A stretch of DNA of 45,499 nucleotides, taken from assembly GCA_050124775.1 (NCBI GenBank), contig JASFEP010000002.1, forward strand, positions 1-45,499. Reading direction: 5' to 3'. Source of the stretch: Candidatus Aminicenantes bacterium (lineage in GTDB: Bacteria > Acidobacteriota > Aminicenantia > Aminicenantales > Aminicenantaceae). A program made the position numbers and the translations under genes. The notes below the pieces were generated by a model. That model had not been told where the DNA came from and ran no database searches. It saw only the letters and a list, made by a program, of their open reading frames with translations. Below, in pieces: positions 23,979 through 32,545 of this stretch (position 1 is its first letter; every line of letters starts with the position of its first letter).

Positions 23979-25415
23979 TCAATGAAAGACGATGGCTTCG
24001 AAGATATAGATCTCCGCTCCTGATTTCCAGGCATCCTTAGGCAATCCTGCTTTTTGACAGGTCCGCTCGAGAAAGGTCCGTCGGGACCACCTGCTTTCTA
24101 CCGGAACTTGTGGTAGCAACAAACCTCTTTGGTTGCCCTTGGCGATGATCAATCCGTGTTTTCCGACCTCCACCTCTCTGGGGTCATCTATCTTTTTTGG
24201 GGAAGTAAGAACAGAGATCTCGAGTTCGATATCTTCGAGTTCAGAAGGGGAAACCGGTGGGAATCGGGCGTCCCTGGAGGCGGCATAGATGGTAGCCTGT
24301 ACTATGGTTTGATGAAGGGGCAGGACCGGCTCGATGAAACCGATGCATCCCCTGAGAGCTCCATTTTTCTTCAAAGTGACAAAAGCGCCTTTTTTACTCA
24401 AAAACTTTGGATTATCTGTTTCCCAACGGTAGACCTCGTTGGTGCGGACAAATCTATCGAGCGTTTTGCGTGCTATCTCGATCAAGCTCATTTTTTCATC
24501 AGCGCTAAGAGAGAAGGGAACCCCTGGATTCCTCCCTGCATAAATTACAGCAGCCGTGTAGCCCACAACTTGCGATTCATCCCCTCCTGCTTGGGAGGAG
24601 TCGGCATAATTCAAGATCTTCACTTCGGGGTTCTCCATTTTTTTTGCATAGAGCAGGACTGAAGCGACCGGACCGCCACCACACATGATGTTTTCTCTTC
24701 GCCCCATTTTTTCTATAATGCTGTCTGTATCCATGGATTGGATTAGAGAGAGGGTGTCCGCATCCACAGCGTTGGCGTTCTCTTTTGATAGAAAATGCGA
24801 GAGGTCTGTGGAGGCTACGATCAAAACCTTTTGGCCGCGGAGGTTGTTTGCGAAGGCCTCCGCTAGCGAAGAAATGGTTTTCTCTGTGGGTGCACCCATG
24901 ACGATGGGAACAATCTTCGCCTCGGGCAGGACTTTTTGGATGAAGGGAACCTGCATTTCTACAGAATGTTCCTCCAGATGAGCTTTCGGGATGAACTTGA
25001 AGCCAGACGCATCGGAAAGCTTGGATGCGAGGTCCGCGTCGACCTCGGCCACACCGAAGGGGGTTTCATAGCCGCCTCTGGGATAGATGGAGCATCCCCT
25101 GAAACCGTGTCGGTGGGAGGTCCCGATGATGACGACAGTTTCGAAGTCCTGCCCCTGAACAAGACGATAGGCGTGGGCTGCAACCCGGCCGGAATAGACA
25201 TATCCCGCATGGGGCGCGATGAGGCCGACAATCGCTTCTGTGGAAGCGCTGCTTTCGGCCTGGAGGAGGTATCTGTCCAACTGCCGGGAGAGTGCATCCG
25301 GCTTGCTGTCGTACCAGCTCCCCGCACAGATCGACTTACGGATTCCCTGCGCTGCTATGGAAAGAGCGGACAGGGCCCCAATAATTATTATTACAGCAAC
25401 AATTTTACCCTTCAT
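23979..25415 (-). CDS. Fusion of Memo-like (AmmeMemoRadiSam protein B) and AMMECR1 (protein A) domains behind an N-terminal signal/anchor
   Basis: 478 aa. N-terminus MKGKIVAVIIIIGALSALSIAAQG. The Memo motif IAPHAGYVYSG lies in roughly residues 27-292. The AMMECR1 motif GAFVTLKKNGALRGCIGF lies in roughly residues 301-478. Confidence 0.88.
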   Translation of the reverse strand: MKGKIVAVIIIIGALSALSIAAQGIRKSICAGSWYDSKPDALSRQLDRYLLQAESSASTEAIVGLIAPHAGYVYSGRVAAHAYRLVQGQDFETVVIIGTSHRHGFRGCSIYPRGGYETPFGVAEVDADLASKLSDASGFKFIPKAHLEEHSVEMQVPFIQKVLPEAKIVPIVMGAPTEKTISSLAEAFANNLRGQKVLIVASTDLSHFLSKENANAVDADTLSLIQSMDTDSIIEKMGRRENIMCGGGPVASVLLYAKKMENPEVKILNYADSSQAGGDESQVVGYTAAVIYAGRNPGVPFSLSADEKMSLIEIARKTLDRFVRTNEVYRWETDNPKFLSKKGAFVTLKKNGALRGCIGFIEPVLPLHQTIVQATIYAASRDARFPPVSPSELEDIELEISVLTSPKKIDDPREVEVGKHGLIIAKGNQRGLLLPQVPVESRWSRRTFLERTCQKAGLPKDAWKSGAEIYIFEAIVFH

Positions 25416-25552
25416 ATCCTGACCTCACTGTGCAAGGATTCGAGAACTTTATTATAACAGGAATTGCCGCAATTGACGAGATTGTGCTTATTCGTGCCAT
25501 TTTTCAATTGACTTTTCTTCGGATATCCGTTAAAAATGAATGGAGATTTATC

Positions 25553-25687
25553 ATGAGGCACATTCTAAAATCGATCTTCACGGTTATTGTCACGTCTTCA
25601 GCCTTTTTTTTGGGTTTTTACCTTGGTAAAGAGAAGATTATGTCCATGATTCCCAATTTTCAGGAAGACCTGGACGAAAAACCCTGA
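25553..25687 (+). CDS. Small (44 aa) single-TM protein, hypothetical
   Basis: ATG 25553 is preceded by GGAG at 25542-25545. MRHILKSIFTVIVTSSAFFLGFYLGKEK. A possible promoter is TTGACT (25508-25513), N17, TAAAAA (25531-25536). Coding status rests only on the SD and the hydrophobic helix. Confidence 0.4.
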   Translation: MRHILKSIFTVIVTSSAFFLGFYLGKEKIMSMIPNFQEDLDEKP

Positions 25688-25881
25688 TTGAACACTCTCT
25701 ATCCCCTCCTCTTCCCGCCCCGAATTCTCTGTTTTCAGAACATCCGAGCGTATTGAATCCTGTGTAATCTTCCCAAGACAACGCTGTGGGCAGCCGAGAT
25801 TCTTACGGGAAGATTCTTAGATCGTGATGAACCGCGTGCGGGTAAGATTGCCTCACAGGAGGAAGGCGGGAGTGTGTCGAT

Positions 25882-25910
25882 TTGACTATATATAAGGAGG
25901 CTCTTATAAT
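25882..25910 (+). promoter_or_regulatory. Near-consensus sigma70 promoter
   Basis: TTGACT (25882-25887), an exactly 17-nt spacer, and a perfect TATAAT (25905-25910). Lies 35-80 nt upstream of the next CDS. Confidence 0.6.
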
Positions 25911-25990
25911 AAAAAGCGGCACTCGTTTGAAGAGGTCTAATCCGATTGACGACCGGGAACGAGGGTCATCATTTAGATAAGACAAAGAAC

Positions 25991-26347
25991 ATGAACTGGG
26001 CGACATACGGTATCATCATCATATTCGGAGCCTTTATCCTATTGTTGATCCTGAATCCGAATCTTTCCTGCTTCGGCAAAAGGATCACCTCTCCGCTCTA
26101 TCCTGTTTTGCGGAAAAAAAAGAGGTCCTCGAGGGCAATGAAAGCCCAGGATTATGGCTTTAAACTCTCTAATAACGAAGCCAGATCCGGCGATAAGCGC
26201 CTCATGATTGATGAAGATGAAGAGCTCTTTTTGGATCAATTCAAAGACAAAAAATATAAAACGAAAGACTATGGATTCAAGCTGTCGGATTCAGACGGCA
26301 CTCGGGAGAAGGGAAAAAGAAGGAAGGGCGGAGAGAACTCTCAGTGA
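25991..26347 (+). CDS. Membrane-anchored basic protein with a duplicated DYGFKLS motif, hypothetical
   Basis: ATG 25991 (MNWATYGIIIIFGAFILLLIL); TTG 25946 is an alternative. The two DYGFKLS copies (26150-26170 and 26267-26287) differ at 6 third-codon positions, all synonymous, which argues for real coding sequence. Confidence 0.6.
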   Translation: MNWATYGIIIIFGAFILLLILNPNLSCFGKRITSPLYPVLRKKKRSSRAMKAQDYGFKLSNNEARSGDKRLMIDEDEELFLDQFKDKKYKTKDYGFKLSDSDGTREKGKRRKGGENSQ

Positions 26348-26382
26348 TCGGGATTATCTGCGTTCACTTTTAGAGGCCGGAA

Positions 26383-27039
26383 TTGCGAGCATACAAGCTT
26401 CTTGGTGTGTGCTTTGTTCTGTTGTTCCTTTTGTGCTGCCGGCCGTCTGCTGTGTTGCTAACGCCTGTTCCTCCCATGATAGAGAGTATGGAGGGATATG
26501 CCTCACTGAGGTATGAGGGTGCCCAGGGCTCGGCGAAAACCAAATTTTCCTTCCTGTTCGTTTCTCCGGATCGAGGGAGGATCGATGCCTCTGATTTTCT
26601 AGGGCGCGCAATCTATCAAGTGATCATTACCGAAAGCCAAGCCTATTTTGTGCTTCCCTCCAAAAGAGTCTATTGGCGAGCGGGCGAAGAGGAGATCGTC
26701 TTCCGTTTTATGGGATTTCATTTGAGCTTGGAGGAGATGGCCTCGCTCTTGAGCGGCCGATGGCCTGAAAATGAGCCATCCTTCGCATGGAACCTCCAAA
26801 GGGATGGACGGGACAGGATTGTTCGAGGGAAAAGAGGGGACCTCCAATTTTCTGTAGAAAATTTCATCCCCGACACAACCATTGCCCGCGAGATATTTTT
26901 CTCGCACCCTCTGAATGAAGGACACCTTAAAATCCGCAACATCGGTTTTAACCAGCCTTTGAATGATAGGGCCTTCTCGACGGGATTCATCCGAAGATAT
27001 GAAGAAAAAACCTGGGAAGAGATTCAAAAGCTGTTCTGA
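26383..27039 (+). CDS. LolB-like / DUF4292-like outer-membrane lipoprotein
   Basis: TTG start. Lipoprotein-like signal MRAYKLLGVCFVLLFLLCC. About 200 aa of beta-rich sequence. Sits immediately upstream of ispE, as lolB does in the E. coli lolB-ispE-prs arrangement. Confidence 0.55.
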   Translation: MRAYKLLGVCFVLLFLLCCRPSAVLLTPVPPMIESMEGYASLRYEGAQGSAKTKFSFLFVSPDRGRIDASDFLGRAIYQVIITESQAYFVLPSKRVYWRAGEEEIVFRFMGFHLSLEEMASLLSGRWPENEPSFAWNLQRDGRDRIVRGKRGDLQFSVENFIPDTTIAREIFFSHPLNEGHLKIRNIGFNQPLNDRAFSTGFIRRYEEKTWEEIQKLF

Positions 27040-27040
27040 A

Positions 27041-27897
27041 ATGAAGCTTTATTCCTTCGCAAAGATCAACCTGGGATTGGAAGTGTTGGACAGAAAGGAG
27101 GACGGCTACCATGAAGTCAGAACTCTTCTCCAGTCGGTCTCCCTTCACGATGTCTTGGAATTCCGTTCGGCTCCCGCAGATAAAATTCTCCTGAGGGGGA
27201 ACGATAAAAGCATCCCTTGGGATGAAAGAAACCTTATTTACAAGGCCGCTCAAATCCTGAAAGAGCACCAGTGTGTTTCGGCAGGAGTTGAGGTGTGGGC
27301 AGACAAACGCATCCCGCCTGGCATGGGTTTGGGTGGCGGGAGCAGCAATGCGGCGATGACGCTTTACGCGCTGGACAAACTTTGGGGGCTGAATCTCAAA
27401 AAAAGAGAATTGATGGAGTTGGGGAAAAAGCTGGGGACGGATGTCCCCTTTTTTCTGGAAGGGGGATTGTGTTTGGGCCTGGGACGAGGGGAGGAGGTCG
27501 AATCCATACAGGACCTCCCTTCTTATTATTGTGTTCTTGTCCTTCCCGAGACTCCGATCATGACGGCCTCTGTCTACAGCCAGTTCCGGCCCTCCTTGAC
27601 TTCGGACGCCAAAGTCAGTAAAATTATCGGGTTTTTAAAGAGCCGTAGACTGCATTTATTGGAAAACAGCTTAGAAGAGACGGTATTTCGTTCATACCCT
27701 CAGATAGAAGCCATAAAGAGACTTTTCCAGAGTACGGAGCCAGAGCTATCTTTGATGAGTGGTTCAGGCTCTGCTGTTTTTGGCCTCTATCGGGAAGAGA
27801 GAAAGGCTAGAGAAGCCTTGGATGAGGTGAACAGAATACATCCGTCGCTCCTCGTGGAGACGATTCCACGTGAGCGATATTGGAGCCGTGTGTTTGC

Positions 27898-27907
<10 letters not shown>
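27041..27907 (+). CDS. ispE: 4-diphosphocytidyl-2-C-methyl-D-erythritol kinase
   Basis: Start at ATG 27041 (MKLYSFAKINLGLEVLDRKEDGYHEV). GHMP kinase motif PPGMGLGGGSSNAA. The stop TAG 27905-27907 lies inside the tRNA-Gln acceptor stem. Confidence 0.95.
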
Positions 27908-27972
<65 letters not shown>

Positions 27973-28045
27973 GAGCTTGAATTCAGATGGTCTCTCCAAG
28001 GGGAGAGATCGAAAAAGAGGAGCTATAGTGAAAAGAGAAAATTCG

Positions 28046-28975
28046 ATGAAAGTGTTTTCGGGGTCCTCGAATCCCTCCCTCGCTCATGAGATCGTTCGCT
28101 ATCTTGACATCGAGTTGGGCAAATGCGTTCTCGAGCGGTTCAGCGACGGGGAGATCCATTTCTACATTGACGAGAATGTCCGTGGAGAGGATATTTTCAT
28201 CGTTCAGACTGGAGCGGAGGAATCTAACTTTCATCTTATGGAACTCTTCTTGATGATTGATGCCTTCAAACGGGCCTCGGCGGAGCGCATCACGGCGGTG
28301 ATTCCCTACTACAGCTATGCGCGGCAGGACTGGAAAGACAGGCCCCGTGTCCCCATTTCGGCGCGTCTGATTGCGGACCTTCTGGAGGCGGCGGGCGCCG
28401 GCAGGATCTTGGCCATGGACCTTCACTCTCCTCAGATTCAGGGTTTTTTCTCCATCCCCATGGATAACTTAATGGCGGCACCCGTTCTAGTCAAACACAT
28501 CCACTCGATGGGATTAAAAAATCTTGTCATTATCTCGCCTGATGCGGGTGGGGTCGGCAGAGCGAGATGGTTCGCGAAGAGGCTGGATGCGGACCTGGCC
28601 ATCATCGATAAGCGTAGGCCTTCTCCCAATGTCGCCAAAGTTTTCAACGTCATCGGAGAAGTTTCAGGAAGAGACGTCATAATCGTTGATGATATGGTCG
28701 ACACAGCGGGAACACTCGTCCAGAGTGCCGAAGCCCTTAAAGAAAAAGGAGCGCTGAGGATTTTCGCTGCATGCACGCACCCTGTATTGTCCGGTAAGGC
28801 TGTGGAGCGTATCGATAATTCGAGCCTGGAAAAGCTCATCGTGACGAACACAATACCACTGAAGAATAAATCGGATTCTACGGATAAGTTCGTCGTACTA
28901 TCGGTAGCAGAGCTTTTTGGAGAGGCGATCTTGAGGATCAACAAAGGCCTCTCGGTGAGTTCACTGTTTACTTGA
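28046..28975 (+). CDS. prs: Ribose-phosphate pyrophosphokinase
   Basis: Start at ATG 28046 (MKVFSGSSNPSLAHEI). PRPP-binding loop VIIVDDMVDTAGT. Confidence 0.96.
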   Translation: MKVFSGSSNPSLAHEIVRYLDIELGKCVLERFSDGEIHFYIDENVRGEDIFIVQTGAEESNFHLMELFLMIDAFKRASAERITAVIPYYSYARQDWKDRPRVPISARLIADLLEAAGAGRILAMDLHSPQIQGFFSIPMDNLMAAPVLVKHIHSMGLKNLVIISPDAGGVGRARWFAKRLDADLAIIDKRRPSPNVAKVFNVIGEVSGRDVIIVDDMVDTAGTLVQSAEALKEKGALRIFAACTHPVLSGKAVERIDNSSLEKLIVTNTIPLKNKSDSTDKFVVLSVAELFGEAILRINKGLSVSSLFT

Positions 28976-28988
28976 GGAGGATTGAACA

Positions 28989-29663
28989 ATGGCAATTAAG
29001 ATCAAAGGTGAAATGAGAGAGGCTTTTGGGAAAAATGCATCTCGACGGTTGAGACAGGAAGGGAGAGTTCCCGCCAATCTTTACGGCGCCAAAGCTGAAA
29101 ACGTCTCTCTCTCCCTCGATAAAAAAGACGTCTTTCAAATTTTGAGGTCAGAGAGTGGAGAGAACACGATCTTTAAGATCTCTTATGATTCCAAGACCCG
29201 GGATGTCATGATTAAAGAAGCGCAGCTCAGTCCCGTCAGTGGCGAGTTGCTCCATGTCGACCTCATTTTGATCTCTATGGATAAAGAAATTCGCGTAACG
29301 GTCCCCTTTATTCTTACGGGCGAGGCGATTGGCGTGAAGGCCGAAGGGGGCTTTGTCGATTTCGTCACGAGGGAAGTCGAGCTTGAATGTCTGCCCAAAG
29401 CTATTCCCGAGCACATCGAAGTGGATATTTCGGAGCTCCACCTCCATCAATCAGTGAAACTCGAAGACATCTCTTTGCCGGAAGGAGCGAAGTGGGTCAG
29501 TGATCCTGAGACCGTGATCGCCATGATACATGCACAGGCCAAAGAAGAGGTCGTTGTCGAGGAAGAAGAGCTCGAAGAAGAGGTGATCTCTGAAGGAGAA
29601 GAACCCGAAGTCATCAAAAAGGAAAAGGCAGAAGAAGAGGAAGAGGCCAAAAAGGAAGATTGA
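28989..29663 (+). CDS. rplY: 50S ribosomal protein L25 / general stress protein Ctc, with an acidic tail
   Basis: Two-domain Ctc form (RRLRQEGRVPANLYG...). The last roughly 40 aa are E/K-rich. Confidence 0.92.
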   Translation: MAIKIKGEMREAFGKNASRRLRQEGRVPANLYGAKAENVSLSLDKKDVFQILRSESGENTIFKISYDSKTRDVMIKEAQLSPVSGELLHVDLILISMDKEIRVTVPFILTGEAIGVKAEGGFVDFVTREVELECLPKAIPEHIEVDISELHLHQSVKLEDISLPEGAKWVSDPETVIAMIHAQAKEEVVVEEEELEEEVISEGEEPEVIKKEKAEEEEEAKKED

Positions 29664-29666
29664 TAC

Positions 29667-30251
29667 TTGTGGGCTGTGGTTGGCTTGGGGAATCCCGGAA
29701 AGCAGTATGCGCGAACGCGCCATAATGTGGGATTCCTTTTCGTCAGGAACGTGGCCAAGGCATGGGGCGTTAGGCTGAGGAAAAGCTCTTTTTCCTCAAA
29801 GACGAAGTGGACAGACAGAGGCGGCGAGAGGATCCTTCTTGCAACACCCCAAACATACATGAATAACAGCGGTCTGGCCGTGCATCAGATCGTTGCATCC
29901 GGGAGATTCGATCTCGAAAACCTGGTGATCGTGTATGACGATCTCGATATTCCCTTGGGCGACATACGGATCAGGAAGGAAGGGGGTGCTGGTACACACA
30001 AGGGGATGAGCTCGATCGTTCAGGCCCTGGACAGTGTGTTATTTCCGAGGATCAGGATTGGGATCGGGCCCTTGCCCCCAGATATGGATGCGACAGATTT
30101 TGTCCTCTCCTCTTTTTTTGATGAGGAGAAGCCGTTCCTCGAACAGGGCCTGAGCCGTGCGAGGAAGGCACTTGACCTCATTCTCGAGGGACGGATCGAG
30201 GTTGCGATGAACCTCTATAATCAGCGCACACAGTCTGACCAGGAAAAGTGA
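29667..30251 (+). CDS. pth: Peptidyl-tRNA hydrolase
   Basis: TTG start. VVGLGNPGKQYARTRHNVGF and HKGMSSI motifs. Confidence 0.95.
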   Translation: MWAVVGLGNPGKQYARTRHNVGFLFVRNVAKAWGVRLRKSSFSSKTKWTDRGGERILLATPQTYMNNSGLAVHQIVASGRFDLENLVIVYDDLDIPLGDIRIRKEGGAGTHKGMSSIVQALDSVLFPRIRIGIGPLPPDMDATDFVLSSFFDEEKPFLEQGLSRARKALDLILEGRIEVAMNLYNQRTQSDQEK

Positions 30252-30298
30252 GGATATCGATTTTATACTTTGGGACCGAATGTTTCGAATAAAACTTC

Positions 30299-30328
30299 TT
30301 GAGTATTGAATACAGTTTGTGGTTTAAT
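30299..30328 (+). promoter_or_regulatory. Candidate rpsF operon promoter
   Basis: TTGAGT (30299-30304), 18-nt spacer, TGG-TTTAAT (-10 at 30323-30328). Leaves a leader of about 100 nt. Confidence 0.35.
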
Positions 30329-30391
30329 GATAATTCATTAACGATCGCGTTTGAATCAGAGTTTCGGTGATTTAAGAGGAAACTCCTTGTT

Positions 30392-30409
30392 CCTTCTTTG
30401 GAAAGAAGG
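30392..30409 (+). promoter_or_regulatory. Perfect hairpin in the rpsF 5' leader
   Basis: CCTTCTT-tgga-AAGAAGG, a 7-bp stem located 27 nt upstream of the rpsF ATG and just upstream of the AAGGAGG SD. Confidence 0.4.
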
Positions 30410-30435
30410 GGCTTGATATCCATAAGGAGGTGTCA

Positions 30436-31134
30436 ATGCGACAGTACGAAACAGCTTTTTTAATCGCCCCCAACCTGCCAGAAGAAGATAACGAGAAGCT
30501 TATCTCCCAGATGGCGGACGTTATCTCAAAAAAGAAGGGGATCATGGTCAACGTGGACGAATGGGGGAAGAGGAAACTCGCCTACCCCATTCAAAAGTAC
30601 GAAGAAGCTTATTATGTGTTCTTCCTCTATGAGGGGGATCCATCGATTCCGGAGGAGCTAGAAAGGCGCTTCAAGCAAACAGAGGCGATCATCCGTTATT
30701 TGACTGTAAAAAACGAAATCTCAGAGCCAAAGAAAAGGGGTCGAGTCCCAGCGAAGAAAAAACGAGAAGCTGCAGAGGAGGAAGAGAAAAAAGGTTATAA
30801 AAAGAAAGAAGAAAAAGCCGCTTCCACAAAGGACCATGAAGAAGAACCGGCAGAAAAACTCCCAAAGGGATCCGAAAAAGCTCAAGACAAAGATGCAAAA
30901 GGAAAAAAGGACAGTGCGTTGAAGGATCCGGCGAAAGAGACTCCGAAAAAAGATTCGGAGGCCGAACTAAAGGAACAGCCAGAGATAGAGGTGAAAACAG
31001 AACCAAAAAAAGGATCCGAAGAGAAGGCCGAAGAGGACGCTAAAACCGGGTCCAAGGAAGAGTCCCAAGATATCGCTAAAGAGAATTCCGAGGAAAAGCT
31101 CCCTACTGAGGACGACAAGACAAAGGAGACATGA
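30436..31134 (+). CDS. rpsF: 30S ribosomal protein S6 with a roughly 135-aa K/E-rich C-terminal extension
   Basis: AGGAGG lies 6 nt upstream of ATG 30436. [14 protein letters not shown]...[10 protein letters not shown] is the S6 core. Residues from about 98 onward are low-complexity K/E/A. Confidence 0.93.
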   Translation: MRQYETAFLIAPNLPEEDNEKLISQMADVISKKKGIMVNVDEWGKRKLAYPIQKYEEAYYVFFLYEGDPSIPEELERRFKQTEAIIRYLTVKNEISEPKKRGRVPAKKKREAAEEEEKKGYKKKEEKAASTKDHEEEPAEKLPKGSEKAQDKDAKGKKDSALKDPAKETPKKDSEAELKEQPEIEVKTEPKKGSEEKAEEDAKTGSKEESQDIAKENSEEKLPTEDDKTKET

Positions 31135-31394
31135 CGATGGCAAGAGAATACAGACGTGAAAGAGGGATGGGCAAGAGATATTTTCCGCCTAAGAGAAAGG
31201 TCTGTCGTTTTTGTGAGAACAGAGTGAGGGAGATCGACTACAAAAAAGTGGATATCCTCAAAAAATATGTCCCCGAAAGAGGAAAGATCTCTCCGAGACG
31301 AGTCACAGGGACATGTGCCTACCATCAACGAAAGCTCACTACAGCGATAAAAAGAGCAAGATTACTGGCTCTCCTCCCATACATCAGCGATTGA
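31131..31394 (+). CDS. rpsR: 30S ribosomal protein S18
   Basis: [25 protein letters not shown]...[26 protein letters not shown] overlap with rpsF. No ssb or priB gene lies between them. Confidence 0.95.
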   Translation: MTMAREYRRERGMGKRYFPPKRKVCRFCENRVREIDYKKVDILKKYVPERGKISPRRVTGTCAYHQRKLTTAIKRARLLALLPYISD

Positions 31395-31418
31395 GGGCCT
31401 AAACGACCAGGAGGAAAA

Positions 31419-32444
31419 ATGAGAGTCATTCTTCGCGATAACATCGAAAACCTCGGCAAAAAGGGAGATATTGTGAATGTTGCTCCAGGATATGGAAGGA
31501 ATTATTTGATCCCAAAAAATATGGCCGTCGAAGTGACATCACGCAACATGAAAATGATCGCAATCGAGCAAAAAGCCCTGCAAAAAGGTTTCGAGAAAGA
31601 GAAGGCTTCTTATCAAGAGTTCATCGATCGGCTGAACGCGGTCACCCTATCCTTCGTGCGCAAGACCAGTGAAAAGGATGTCATCTTCGGATCTGTCAGT
31701 TCGACGGACATCAGGGATGCCCTTGCCGCCCAGGGATTCGAGGTGGAAAAAAGAAAGATTATTCTGGACGAGCCTATAAAGAGGTTGGGGAATTACACGG
31801 TCCCCATAAAGATCTTCCATGAAGAACGAGCGGAGGTCAAGTTAGAGGTCGTCAAAGAGGACGAGCTTAGCACACGGGAGGAAAAAGACGCTGGCCCGGA
31901 TCTTGTCGAGGAGGGTACGGCCGCATCCCCTTCCGGCCGAGAGGAGACAAAGCTTCCCGTAACAGAAGAAAAAGAAGAGGCTCTCCAAGAGAGGCCTATG
32001 GGCGCAGCCGCCGAGCCAGAATCAGAGCCTGTTGTGAAAGAGGGCATCCAAGAAGAGCCCACAAAGATTCTCGAAGAAACAAAGGAACCTCCCCAAGAGA
32101 AGGAGACACAGGATTCTTTGGTTGAAGGCCAAGGCGCCGTAGGCGAGAAAGAGACCGCCGAGGAACCGTCAATCGAAGAGGCAGAGATCATTCCTTCGGA
32201 TACTCCGGAGGAAACGCTGGGTGCGCAGGAGAAAGAGCCCGAAGAGAGGCCGAAGGAATCCGGAATAATCCCCGGAAAGGAAGAGGTGACTCCGGAAGAG
32301 ACCAAGAGCAGCCCTGAAGACACCCCTCACCCTTCCGAAGAAACAAAGGAAGACTCGGAAAAAACGGAGAGGGTCGCCGAGGAGCCGGAAGGATCGGCGG
32401 AAGAGGACGACAGCAAAGAAGCGGCAAATAAAAACAATACATAG
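31419..32444 (+). CDS. rplI: 50S ribosomal protein L9 with a roughly 190-aa E/P-rich C-terminal extension
   Basis: MRVILRDNIENLGKKGDIVNVAPGYGRNYLIP is the L9 core, ending near residue 148. The remaining sequence (31863-32441) is acidic low-complexity. Confidence 0.92.
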   Translation: MRVILRDNIENLGKKGDIVNVAPGYGRNYLIPKNMAVEVTSRNMKMIAIEQKALQKGFEKEKASYQEFIDRLNAVTLSFVRKTSEKDVIFGSVSSTDIRDALAAQGFEVEKRKIILDEPIKRLGNYTVPIKIFHEERAEVKLEVVKEDELSTREEKDAGPDLVEEGTAASPSGREETKLPVTEEKEEALQERPMGAAAEPESEPVVKEGIQEEPTKILEETKEPPQEKETQDSLVEGQGAVGEKETAEEPSIEEAEIIPSDTPEETLGAQEKEPEERPKESGIIPGKEEVTPEETKSSPEDTPHPSEETKEDSEKTERVAEEPEGSAEEDDSKEAANKNNT

Positions 32445-32545
32445 ATCTGTTGAGCTCGTTATGTCCTGAACCCGGCAAGGAAAAGGGGCTTTCGGGATGA
32501 GCGATCGAAAACATAGACGGACTCATCAGGCCAAAAGGGTGTAAC

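Noticed and set aside
25416-25552. Strand-switch point (minus-strand genes to the left, plus-strand genes to the right) considered as an alternative replication origin
   Set aside because: The region is only 137 nt, not unusually AT-rich, and I found no DnaA-box-like 9-mers. It is best explained as a divergent promoter region (TTGACT-N17-TAAAAA at 25508-25536). It cannot be fully excluded without GC-skew data.
25768-25820. Inverted repeat AATCTTCCC...GGGAAGATT in the spacer before the consensus promoter, considered as a riboswitch or terminator
   Set aside because: It lies upstream of the predicted promoter, so it would not be in that transcript. It has a 30-nt loop, no U-tract and no resemblance to a riboswitch class I know. 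It may be a weak terminator for the 44-codon ORF, but that is unsupported.
30727-32441. Purine-rich GAA/AAG/GAG repetitive DNA that looks like a tandem-repeat or array-like region
   Set aside because: It has no fixed-period repeats or spacers. The tracts are in-frame low-complexity tails of rpsF and rplI, so this is not a CRISPR array or a satellite repeat.
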